Program-made: the position numbers and the translations under genes
The notes under the pieces: model-generated
Told to the model about the DNA's origin: nothing
Seen by the model: the letters and a program-made list of their open reading frames with translations, nothing else
Database searches by the model: none
Shown here: in pieces, positions 33,705 to 45,373 of the stretch
How the letters are laid out: the number at the start of each line of letters is the position of its first letter
How positions within the stretch are numbered: the first letter of the stretch is position 1
DNA from: Macrostomum lignano
Taxonomy: Eukaryota
Assembly (NCBI GenBank): GCA_002269645.1
Contig: NIVC01003325.1
Coordinates: 1 to 64,000, forward strand
Direction: 5' to 3'
Length of the DNA stretch: 64,000 nucleotides

Positions 33705-35932
33705 TATTAATTTATAGTATAGTGTTGACAGTTGTCAACTTTAGGCAACCAGAAGTCTGGTAGCGTTGGGTTTTGTTTTAAAGCAGAGAACAATGACACT
33801 TCAAGTGTAATTAATTGAGCTGAAAAATGGAAGTTGACGCAAATTATTGCGCCTAATATTAGGTCACTATGCAACTTATCAGTTATTACTAAAATTTTGC
33901 TTTTCAATACAATAAGAAATAATATTCTATAGCAGTATGTTTTTAACATTGTATGTGAATTATAACAAAAAATGAATTCTTAATATACGCTTGTACACAA
34001 ATATGCACTGCATGGCTATGTCACTCAATTGTTATAGGGATTATCTAAAATTTATACATGGCAATATAATACTAGCCATATTGATCACCTTTATATATGC
34101 TTATAATCCATATGCCTAAAGCCAAAGCCCTATCCCCAAATTCACTAAGTACACTAGACATTCTAGCATTCAGCCATTTTTTTAGATCATAGAGCCTAAA
34201 AATCCATTATAAAAGAAAATATAATTGTAAATAATAAATAATAGATAACAAAAATGCAGTTTTAATTTAAGTTAGTTTTAATTTTTGAGACAAGATTATT
34301 AGCATAGCCAAGCATATTTAGCTCCATACTTAGGATCAAGAAGGTGTCCTGTATGCCAGATTTTTCTGGCTTGCATTAGCCCTTCATAGTTCATTATTCA
34401 ATGGTGTGCATGTTTGGCATGCTTGAATCTTAAAAAAAAGTATTTGGTGTAGAAATCAATTTATTACACTGCAATATACACTGCGAACAAAAATGTGTAT
34501 TGTATAATAAGTAAGAAAGGTAATTTAAAAGAAAATTTCAATGTCTATATATTGCTGAATGTCTATGGTCTTTTAAAAATGTATTATGCCAATAAATTGT
34601 TAATTATCCTGCATCATTGCAATGGCTTGAATGATTAGGTTATCCCTATATTCTCTAAGTTTTGTTTGATTACTCTCAAACATTTGTAAAATGCTACAAA
34701 ATTGCATATTTGTTGCCATGCATATATTTGCATATATTCCATGCATATATTTTAACCCATTAAGACTACATTTTATGTAATACTTAAGCCTTTTAAGTAT
34801 GAAAGTATGACACAACTCACATGAGTGACAATTATCCCATTAGCATCAGCCTATACATATTTTCTAAAATATACACAAAACAACTAAATTTGAATGCTAA
34901 AGCATGTACAAATACTGAATATACCAAAGGCAACTAAAGCCTTATCCCAACTAGCTCTACCTATAAAACTGATAGTTATACCAATCATTTCTTTTACTTA
35001 TCTAAAAGTTGGTTGTTAGTATATGCCAAAAATGATTTAAAAAATGCTTTGTGATAGAAAACTGATATTGATAAAAAAGTTTACATTGCAAGATAACATG
35101 ATAACATTTCATTGACTTTACATACTTTTTGATTAAATTTAATTGCTTATCTTAGTGTGTCACTTTTGTCTCTTTTGTGTTTCTGTAACTAAAACTAGCC
35201 CTAGGCCCATATTATAAATAACTTAAATATTAGTAAAAGATATAGTTTTCTATAGTTTTAGTTTTCATTATTGCATAAAAATTGCATAAAAATTATTACA
35301 TAAAAATATAGTTTTCATTATTGCATAATACAATTTGACTCTAGCTTGGACTCTTACTTGAATATCTGAGGCTAGGTCAGTTAAATTTAACTAGTTCTAG
35401 ACCAACTAGGGAGTCTAGATCTAATTTATTGGTTGAAGATCATGAAAGCAGAAGCAGAGTTGAACCTGAAGTTTCTGAAAGTCACCATCAGCATTGGCCA
35501 AGGCAAGGAGTTCCACTACCACTTAGACTACTACTGCAGCTGTAAGATGTTTCAGTATTAGAGACTGTAAAGACTTCACTTTAGATTGTAGAACGATATA
35601 AGCTTGATACGAGGCAAGCCACTGCGATTTTTATTGTAAGTATTGAGCACGATACGTTTAGTGGATAAGGCTTAGGGGTGGAGAACAAAAGTAGCCAGAT
35701 TGAAGAACGTACATGAGTAAGAGAGAGTACATCAAGATATTGTAGAAAGGCGCACAGAGCGAAACAGGTAAAAACACCACCCCCAAACACTGAATAAAGT
35801 ACAAGCTAACATCACTAACAAAAATCAACCCAGCCAAGTCACCACACTCCTCCCCACGAAGATTAAGCGTTGGATTAAAACGGGAATAAAAGACGCAAAT
35901 CAGTTCACAGTCCATAGAAGAACAGTTCAGAG

Positions 35933-38897
35933 TCACTCGTAGCGCAGCCGGTCAGGTTCGGCTCTCGCCCTGGTCGAACGTCGAAGTAGCGCCTCAGAGC
36001 TCAACTCTGGTGCCTGGCCAGGCGTCTCTGCAGGAGCCTCTGGTTGATCGTCAGGCACCTCGACACATGGCGGTTGCTCGGCTTCGGAAGGCGCCGGAGG
36101 CTCCGGCGGCTTGCGCACTTGATCGATGTGCCGACGGACTTCTCGACCATCGTCGAACTGGCAAGAGAAAGACGCAGCCCCAGAGCAGTTGGTCACAACA
36201 GCAGGCTTCCACCTGCCGTCAGCAGCGAAGTCCCTCGCGACGACTGCGTCGCCCATCTCGATGCGGCGGTCATGGGCATGGGCGTCGTGTTGTTGCTTCT
36301 GCATTGCTTGTTGGAGCGCCACCCTGGCCTGTAGGTCAGGCCGAACTCGATCGAGCAGTGTGTGCAGCCGCCTCCCATCAGCAATTTGCAAGGTGGCGCG
36401 CCGGTCGTCGCATGGGGCGTCACACGGTAGGTAAGCAGGAAGCGCGCCACTCGATCTTCTAGTGAGCCGTCTTTTTGCTTAGCGAGCGACTTCTTCAGGG
36501 TCTGGACAGCGCGCTCCGCTTGGCCATTTGACGCCGGGTGGTACGGGGCAGTTCGTACGTGCCGGATGCCGTTCCGCTGCAGAAAATCTTCCATTTCATC
36601 GCTGACCAGGTTGCGCCCATTGTCCGTCACGATGATGTCCGGCAGCCCATGTGTAGCGAAGCTCTGCCGCAGCCGCTGGATGGTTGCCGTGGAAGTTGCT
36701 GACGCCAACACATGTACCTCCATCCACTTGGAATGGGCGTCGACATTTTCGACAATCACCAGCAGCATTTTCCCTTCGATCGGACCCGCAAAATCCAGAT
36801 GAAGGCGCGACCACGGCCTGTCAGGCCAGGCCCAGGGATGCAGCGGCGCAGGCCCCGGTGACTTCTGCAGCTCCTGGCAGTCCGAACAAGCGCCGGCGAG
36901 CTGCTCAATTGCCTCGTCCAGCTTTGGCCACCAGAAGAAGCTGCGGGCCAGCGCCTTCATTCTAGATGCGCCCTGGTGTCCTTGGTGCAAACAATGGAGA
37001 AGGGCTGTCCGGCCTGCCTCTGGAACGATGACTCGAGTTCCCCAGAGAAGGCAGCCGTCTTGAGTACTCAGCTGGTCGGCCCTGGATCTGTACGGCTGCA
37101 ACTCCGGCACGGTCCGCTCAGGCCAGTTGCCGACCTCCGTGAAGCGCAGTGCCTTTGACAGGATGGGGTCAGTTCGGGTCCAGGCTCGAATGTCGCCGGC
37201 GGTCACTGGCCCTTCGCCCAGCATGTCCATGACCAGGACAACGTCCGCAGGTGTCGGGGCCTTCGTCGGTCTTTCAGGCAGTGGCAGTCGGCTCAGTGCG
37301 TCTGCACGCAGTAGTGATTTGCCAGATCGGTGTTCCATCGAGTAGCTGTAGCCCGCCAGGATGAGCGCCCACCTCTGAATCCTTCCGGACGCCATGGCGG
37401 GAATTGGCTTAGACTCATGCAGGAGTCCTAGCAACGGCTTGTGGTCGCTGACGAGGGTGAATTTCCGGCCGTAAAGGTAAGAGTGAAATCTTTTTACCCC
37501 GAAAACGATCGCCAGAGCTTCTTTGTCCAGTTGCGAGTACTTCGCCTCGGCATCGTGCAGGGAACGCGAAGCGAAAGCGATCGGTCGATCGCAACCGTCA
37601 ACCCGATGACTGATGACGGCGCCGATGCCGTACGGAGAGGCATCGCACTCCAGCACCAACGGCTTTGTGTCGTCGAAATGCGCGAGGACCGGCGCTTTGG
37701 CGAGCAGCGCCTTGCACTTCTTAAAGGCGGCATCCTGCGAAGCGCCCCAGCACCAGTTGGCGCCTTGGTTTAGCAAGCGGTGCAGCGGGGCCAACTCGGC
37801 TGACAGGTTCGGCAGGAACTTGCTGTAATAGTTGACCATTCCGAGGAAGCTGCGTAGCTGGGTCACGTCCTGCGGTGCCGGAGCGTCCACGATGGCACGC
37901 ACTTTGTCTTGCAGCGGATGCAGGCCAGCGGCATCGATCCGATGACCCAGATAGCAGACGCTGTCCTGCATGAAGTTACACTTGCTCAGGCCGCAGCGCA
38001 GTCCACTTTGGTGCAGCCGTTGCAGCACCTGTTCCAGCGATTGCAAATGGCTCTCGTCGTCAACCCCGGTGATAATCAGGTCATCGATGAAGCAGGCCAC
38101 ATGGGGAATGGTCTGCAGCAGGCTGTCCATGTGGCGCTGGAAAATTCCAACGGCCGGAGCGACACCAAACGGGAGGCGGGTATAGCGAAGCAGGCCTTTG
38201 GAAGTGTTTATAGTGCAGATCTGCTGGGCAGCTTCATCGAGCGGCATCTGGGAGTAAGCCTGCGACAAGTCCAGCTTAGTGAACTTTTTTCCTCCTGCCA
38301 GCTTTGGAAAAAGTTCCTCGATTCGCGGCAAGGGGTACTTGTCCGGCTCCACGGCGAGGTTGACGGTCTGCTTAAAGTCGGCACAGATGCGCACGGTGCC
38401 GTCTGACTTTAGAACGGGAACAATCGGCGATGCATAATCTGAGCTGCTGACTGGCTTGAGCACGCCCTGCTCAATCTCCTTTTCGAGTTGAGCCTCCACC
38501 TTAGCCTTGAGCGCAAACGGAACGTTGCGAGCTTTGAAAAAGCGAGGCCGGGCATCAGGCTTCAAATGCAGTTGCACAGGTGGACCGTTGTACTGACCCA
38601 ATCCGGGCTCGAAAACAGCTGCATACTTTTCCAGCAAGGCTCGGATTCTGGGGTGCTCACCGTCTTTTTGCACCTGGTTGATGCTTCTCCAGTCAAGCGG
38701 CAAGCCGGCCAGCCAGTCCCGGCCGATCAGATTCGATCCGGAGCCCTTGACGACGAGTAGCGGGAGCTCCTTGGAGATCTCTCCGATACGCACGCAGACG
38801 TTGATTTTGCCGTGTAGAGGAACCGGCTCCCCTGAATACGTACGTAGCTGTGCGTTGGCCGGCTCCAGCTTGGGCAGCCCACGGAGCTCAGAGCGAA
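35933..38897 (-). CDS. pol: Pol (protease end, RT, RNase H, integrase) of the LTR element, with a frameshift at ~36380
   Basis: RT motifs LDLSQAYSQM, LPFG, FIDD; RNase H ECDASPYGIGAV; integrase HQGHQG..CSDC, LHLDFAGP, VTDNG, NGQAERAV. The C-terminal part RRLHTLLDRVRPDL continues in another frame to the stop at 35933. Confidence 0.93.
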
Positions 38898-39779
38898 AGT
38901 ATCCGATGAGATGAGCGAGACGGATGCACCAGTGTCAATCTCCATTCGAACAGGCGTCTCCTCGATGATGACAGTCGTCTCAATCGGGGGAATCTTGGTC
39001 CTCGGCTCAGCCATCACATGCAGCGTGTGCGCCTCCTCTTGGTCCACCTCCACCTCTCTAACGGCCTGGTCTATGCGACGATTGGCAGCTGCTGGCGACT
39101 TGCAGGCCGCAGCTGTGTGGCCCACCTTCGAGCAGTTGAAACACTTCTTTTCCAGAAAGGGACACTTGCTTGCCACATGTCTCTGGGAGAGGCATCTGAA
39201 ACAGCGCTTCGCTAGAGCCGTCTGTCTGGCGATCTGGAAGGCCTCTTGGCTAGCGGATTTCGTCACAAGCGAGTTGCCTTCAGCAGCCAAGGCCTGAGCC
39301 TGTGCCAGAGTCAACGCGGTGTCAAGCGTCAAATTTTTCTCTGACAGCAGTCTCCGCTGGATGGTGTCGTCATTAATGCCGAGCACGAGGCGGTCTCTGA
39401 GCATGGCACTCAGGCTGTCACCGAAGTTGCAATCCTGCGCCAATCTGCGCAGCTCGGCGAGAAAGTCGGCGATGGTTTCGCCAGGCTGACGGCCGCGGCT
39501 GTAAAACCGGAAACGGAGCACAATCTCGGGCGGTGCAGGATCAAAATGATCTTTTAACTTTTCGCAGATCGTAGCGTAGTCAGACTTGGCCGGCTCTTGC
39601 GGAGACAGCAGGCTGGCGATCAGCTGGTAGGTCTTCCTGCCGCAGACGCTCAGAAGAACCGCACGCTGCTTTTCAGGTCTGATGTCGTTCGCCTCGAAGA
39701 ACTGCTCCAATCTGGCTTGATACTGCTGCCATTTTTCACTCCCCTCTTCAAAGGGTTCAATTGAGCCCAACAAGCTCAT
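38727..39779 (-). CDS. gag: Gag (two CCHC zinc knuckles) and start of the aspartic protease of the LTR element
   Basis: MSLLGSIEPF..LEQFFEAN..MLRDRLVLGI; CFRCLSQRHVASKC and CFNCSKVGHTAAAC; protease motif IDTGASVSLI. The frame shifts to the pol frame at ~38897. Confidence 0.93.
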   Translation of the reverse strand: MSLLGSIEPFEEGSEKWQQYQARLEQFFEANDIRPEKQRAVLLSVCGRKTYQLIASLLSPQEPAKSDYATICEKLKDHFDPAPPEIVLRFRFYSRGRQPGETIADFLAELRRLAQDCNFGDSLSAMLRDRLVLGINDDTIQRRLLSEKNLTLDTALTLAQAQALAAEGNSLVTKSASQEAFQIARQTALAKRCFRCLSQRHVASKCPFLEKKCFNCSKVGHTAAACKSPAAANRRIDQAVREVEVDQEEAHTLHVMAEPRTKIPPIETTVIIEETPVRMEIDTGASVSLISSDTFALSSVGCPSWSRPTHSYVRIQGSRFLYTAKSTSACVSERSPRSSRYSSSRAPDRI

Positions 39780-42700
39780 GGCTCGTCGCCAGTGTAAAGA
39801 CTTCACTTTAGATTGTAGAACGATATAAGCTTGATACGAGGCAAGCCACTGCGATTTTTATTGTAAGTATTGAGCACGATACGTTTAGTGGATAAGGCTT
39901 AGGGGTGGAGAACAAAAGTAGCCAGATTGAAGAACGTACATGAGTAAGAGACAGTACATCAAGATATTGTAGAAAGGCGCACAGAGCGAAACAGGTAAAA
40001 ACACCACCCCCAAACACTGAATAAAGTACAAGCTAACATCACTAACAAAAATCAACCCAGCCAAGTCACCACAGAGACTAAGCCCAACTCATTATCTATT
40101 CCAATGCCATTGCCAGCAGCATTTATATTAATTGGTAAATATACTCAAGTACTCTTTACTTAAAGAAAGCTAATTGTAAAGCTGGGCTCTAACTTTTCTC
40201 ACGGTGGTATTTTCGCTTGACTGCTTTATGAGTATTATAAATTCTATCTTTTAACTTCTGTTCTATATTAGATATACATGGGTACATATACTCATTGATA
40301 TGATTAAAACAATTAAAATGATATGATCAAAGTTAAGAATATTAACTTCGATAACTTTGAGATATAGATATAGTGATACGAGTATAGTGATTGTAATAAG
40401 GCATTAATTTAGCAGGTGAATTTAGATATGCTTTTACACAACTATCAATAATTTTAGCTAGGGGAAGTAATTAGAACAGGGGTAAATTGCTACTTTTGGG
40501 AATTCACTACTAGTAAAAAGCAGTTGGGCTCTTGGGAAATCATCCCATTGCATTGCCTCTAACTTCAGTTTTATCAAGGAAATTCAAGGTAAGTAAAGGG
40601 GAAATAAGGAAGTGGGAGTAAGGATTAGTTTGCACAAGAGGAGTTTTGCCTCAACACACTATTGGGAGTCTTGTCTAAAGCACATAGCGGGGAATAGGAG
40701 TTAATGTAAAACCAACCTTTGTATAAGTAACAATTTCTTTTTATTTTTTACTTGTATTAAAACTTATATTAACTAAAATTCATTGGTGTCCTGACTCTGT
40801 TCTTTAAACACTATATACTAGGATTAGAAAAAAGCAGGCACTTAGTGGCATCAAAATCTACCAATATACCCAGAAAATCCACTAAGTTCTAAAGTAGACA
40901 AAACCAGTAAGCTGAGACTGCAAGTACTACGCTTGTCTATGATTCATATATATTAAACTAAAAAAACATTTTTATGTACTAACCTTTTGTTAAGACTTAT
41001 TAAATTGTTTATAAAAATACATACAATTTTATATCACTTAATTGTTTAATGTTTATTTATTTATGTTTTCTTTTTATAAAATATATGATATATAATATGA
41101 TTATATTTAAATCATTATATGTGCATTATAAGCTCCTTCTCATTTTTGTTCTATTTTAATATTGTTGCCTTGCTAACCTGATACTAAACTAAACTCATTA
41201 CAGTTTTCAATATTTTATAGTCCACCATTTGTCCTATTTCAATAGGTTCTAGCTCCATTAGTGCTTCTATATATAGTACAAGCTGTTGAAACCCGCGGAA
41301 TTTGAACCCGGGGAATTCCAACCTCCGGAACTATTTTTGCATGTATTCTCAAATCTGAGCCCATACTTAAACAAAAACTTTTTAATAGTTAGGAATTTAG
41401 GATAGAGTTAAACATAAAATAGAGTACATTCATATACAATTAGTATTTGAAGCAAACATTAATATTGTTAGTTTGTGGTTGGGGTGCTGCACAGAATGTC
41501 AGGCAAACTCATGGCCTTTGCCTTTCCTTGTGTCCCTTAGAAATTGGATCATTAGAAACTTCTATCTCTACCTTCTCTTCTGTTTTCTCTCTTCTTTCTG
41601 GTCTATGGTCTCTTCTCTTTCTCCTCTATCCCCTCTTTTCTCGTCTATTCCCTCTTATTATTTTCTCTCCTCTCTTCTCCTCTCTCGTCTCTGCTCTCAT
41701 CTCTCCCTTCTCTCCCTTTCTCCTATTTTATCTCTTCCCATTTCTCTCTGCTCTCTGCTTTTGGGTGTGCGCTGTAGCAGTTGTAGTTGTAGGGTTGCAT
41801 AGCCATTCTAGAGTTCTAGTCGATCTAGTTTTAATTCAATAATAGATCTAGTCATTATTTAGAATATATCTTAATTACTTTGATTATATAGATTGTTCAG
41901 ATACAAATATATATGAAATAAATTAGGGCGCATTGCACCCACAAGCCAGGAATGCATTCATTCATTCATCTGTCATCAGTGCCATCATAAAACAAAATCA
42001 AAGTGATTGTTTGAATTGTTGAACCATCAAGAAACTTATTTTACAATATTATAATAATGGTGGCTAATACCAAAGTAGATTGTATTATTGGCCCTAGTAC
42101 TAGTGCCATGGACACTGGATAACAAAGACTCCTTTTAGTTAATGTAGGCTATGCTGATTAGGAACTAATGAAGCTAAAAAATGACTAAAAGGTTAGGTTA
42201 GGCCTATAAATAGAGGTTAGATGGGATTGAAATCTTTGGATAAGATTGGGATCAAGAATTATTTTTTTCTTAGGATTGGGATTGGGATTCAAGAATTAGG
42301 ATCAGGTCTTTTAGTGTATTGTAATTTGTAGGTCCATATAAAGTTAAACAAAATTGAGCAAAAATGTCAAGATCAAAAGTAAAACACAACAAAATTAAAG
42401 CAAAATTTTGTAACAAATAAAGTAATAATGTAATGAATACAAGTTAAAAGAAAATACATTTAAATAATCACTAATTCTATAAACTTTTGATTTTTGATCA
42501 AAAGACTTGTTCCTAAATCTTTTGTTTTTTGGGGTTGGGATCCTGGTCTCGCGGAAATACAATTTTTCTTGGGATCCCAGGGTTTTGGGATCTGGATCCC
42601 ATCTGACCTCTACCTATATAAACATAAACACCCTAAATTACAAAATTGCAAAAAATAACTAGGAACCACTTCAAATATGCCCAAAGTCAGGGGCGTGGCC

Positions 42701-44699
42701 GCAAGTAATGCTAGTTTGTTTTGCCCAATTATTTTTAAGTTTAAATCATTTTAGCATATGAATTTATTCAAGTGACAACTACCCCATACTCTGAAAAATT
42801 TAACACATGCCAGAATTTTCTGGTGTGAATTCTAAAATGTCGACATACATGCAAAGCATCGTGCCAATGAAAAAAAAACTTGCTAGAAATAACTTAAAAT
42901 TAAAATTTCAGTAATATACGCCTACGCCTATAGGCCCTGAATCTTGTAGCCATGGTGCTTTACTAAATAATGTATATTTATAATCAATTAGCCTTAGTCA
43001 CTTTGGTCAAAGTGATTGTTAATTTGTTACCTAATAGTAGAAAAAATATACTGATCAAATAGATGCGCGCGCAGTTTATTAGAAACTAGATTGCAGCAAA
43101 ACCAGTTTAAAATTTAGATCCATCTAGTTTTAACAAAAATAATATAGCATTAAGAGGCAATATTTAGGAGTACAGAAAGTAAAATAGTACTTATTAATTA
43201 AAACTGTTAAAAAAAATTTAGTTGCTATTTTATTACCTTGTTAGGCAATCTTTATCTACATTAGTAAAAAAACATTTGGTCAACGTTGGATCGAGAAATT
43301 TTAATTACTTTTTATTTTTAATCAATTATTTCATTTCATTTGCTGTAAACCAGAAGAATTGTATCTAAACTTAAAAAAAACGATAAGTTGACAAGCTAAG
43401 AGTCTCTACTAAAACATGATTTTTATTTTTAAAAATTTAAGTAAAACTTTGACAAAACTAAAACTAAAAGTATTTAGGTGGTTAGGCCTATTACTAGTAG
43501 TCTTGGGTGGGCCTACCTGTGCTGTGGGCTGTGCAGCCTGTGCTGTGGTTCCAGCTAGGTCTAGTATTGTTTATGGGGGTAATAGCTAGGGCCTAGAGTT
43601 CTGGTACTGTAACTCATTTTCTAATGGCTATGGCCATGGGTCTAAGGTCGAGTATGGATCTAGGCTCATCTAGTAGGCCTAGTCTTCTGCAGGAAGTTAT
43701 ACTACAAATGAAATCTTTGAATAGAAGTAACTTGTTTAAGTTGTTTTAAATCTTATCATTTTGTTTTGATCTTATCTTGAACAAAATCTCAATATCAACC
43801 ACCTATTAAAAAGTAAAATGACTCTTATATAGGTGGCAGGCCCCTAGGCCTAGAGCCTAGGCCTATAATATTACATCTTTTCCACCCTAAGTGAAAATCC
43901 TTATTAGCATTGTTTATCTTGTTAACATTAATAAGTACTAGCAAGTATATATATGCTTAGAGAGACTGAACATTCCACATAGAATGCAATAACCATGTTA
44001 AATCAATATAGTTATATAGGTCTATTTGTGCCTATGATGCCTAATTTGTGGCTATGGGTCTTCAAATACAGTTTTAATACTATTAGCTAGCGAGCAAGAT
44101 AGTGCCATTAGCTACAAGTATTTATATAAAGTATACATAGGTCTGTTGTATTAAGTATATAGGATAAAGCCAAGCAGGCTAATTCTTTGATAAACTAGGG
44201 GGCCTACTAGGCTAGGCTTTAATGAAAAATATAAACATTATGTTAATGTTCCTCATTTGGGAAGACTTCTTATATTTGTAGCATAGTAACTGCCAAGCAG
44301 CAGGTTCAAAGTCTAGCATTTTATACATTATGGTAGCTTCAATATTATACAATAAAGAGCAATAAATATAGCTACATATTTTAAACTATGATTATAGCTT
44401 GCAACAACTTTAGTGTTCAATATTGAGCCATTTTTGCTAAAATCAATCACATACCTTAGATAGATACTTGTACCTATAGACAGACCATTTTTAGTACATG
44501 GATTGTTATATATATATTATTGTTATATGCGCATAATTGATTACATGTAAATGTATATTTAGAACTATATATAATTGAACTATACATTGCACAACACATC
44601 ACAATATATTCTGAAGGGTGTTATAAATTTGTGCATAGATTTTTACATATATGCAACTTATATTAAAAAATTATATATATCAAGGACTTACAAATTAAA

Positions 44700-44930
44700 G
44701 GTTGGGGAGGGGGGAGTTTCAATTCCCAATCACACTGGAATAATTTGTGTTCTTGAGCAACACACTTAACTCTGCATTGCTTCAGTTCTCTAGTTTTAAA
44801 ATAGGTGCCAGCATTAGCTAGGGTAATTGAGAGTGTATGGCAACCCCCCCCCCTAGTCCTTGGACTGAACAGCCATACACAGCCCTCAGATGCACTGGGC
44901 GATAGCTGTTGGTTGCAATCAGTTGTAATC
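44700..44930 (+). mobile_element. SINE family B, diverged copy
   Basis: TTGAGCAACACACTTAACTC..TGCTTCAGT and C-run-AGTCCTTGGACTGAA are collinear with 28551-28850. Confidence 0.65.
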
Positions 44931-45373
44931 AATTATGATTGTTATTGATATTGAAAATCAACAAGTTTGGTGTCATTAGAAAGTAGAATATATAAGCATT
45001 AATGTGTTGAAAAAAGCATTCTTAAAAAAGTTATCCCTTTCTATTTAGTAGACAGTAGATTTTGCTCTTTTCAAGCGTGCGGTAAAGCAAAAAAAGATGG
45101 CAGATGAAATTGCTATACACAATGTAAATTGAGATTGCCCAGTTGTTTAATTTGCTCTTTCTTAAAACTTTATCTGCTGTGTTATGTATTACTATAAGTA
45201 GGGATAGTGGGTGCCAAACTAATTCTACAAATACTGATAATTTAAATACATATATAAATTTAATGGCAGCGCACTTCTGGCGTAAAAATGCGCAGGATGC
45301 CAAAATTGAATTTGATTAACTTCACATCTTGCAGAATGTCAGCCAGCTCCAGCCTGGTCAGTCAAATAAGGTC

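Larger units (their letters stand above)
35566..40073 (-). mobile_element. Full-length Ty3/Gypsy LTR retrotransposon, Mag/K02A2.6-like (4508 bp)
   Basis: LTRs 35566-35846 and 39793-40073 (281 bp, TG...CA, one mismatch seen). 5-bp target-site duplication GAGAC (35561-35565 and 40074-40078). PBS TGGCGACGAG at 39791-39782; polypurine tract GGGGAGGAG next to the 3' LTR. Confidence 0.98.

Noticed and set aside
38880-38905. Programmed -1 ribosomal frameshift between gag and pol
   Set aside because: No X XXY YYZ slippery heptamer. The shift falls inside the protease, Mag elements normally have one ORF, and a second 1-nt homopolymer loss occurs in integrase.
41447-41842. Hydrophobic ORFs
   Set aside because: Produced by a CT-rich low-complexity tract, with no coding-like codon bias or splice signals.
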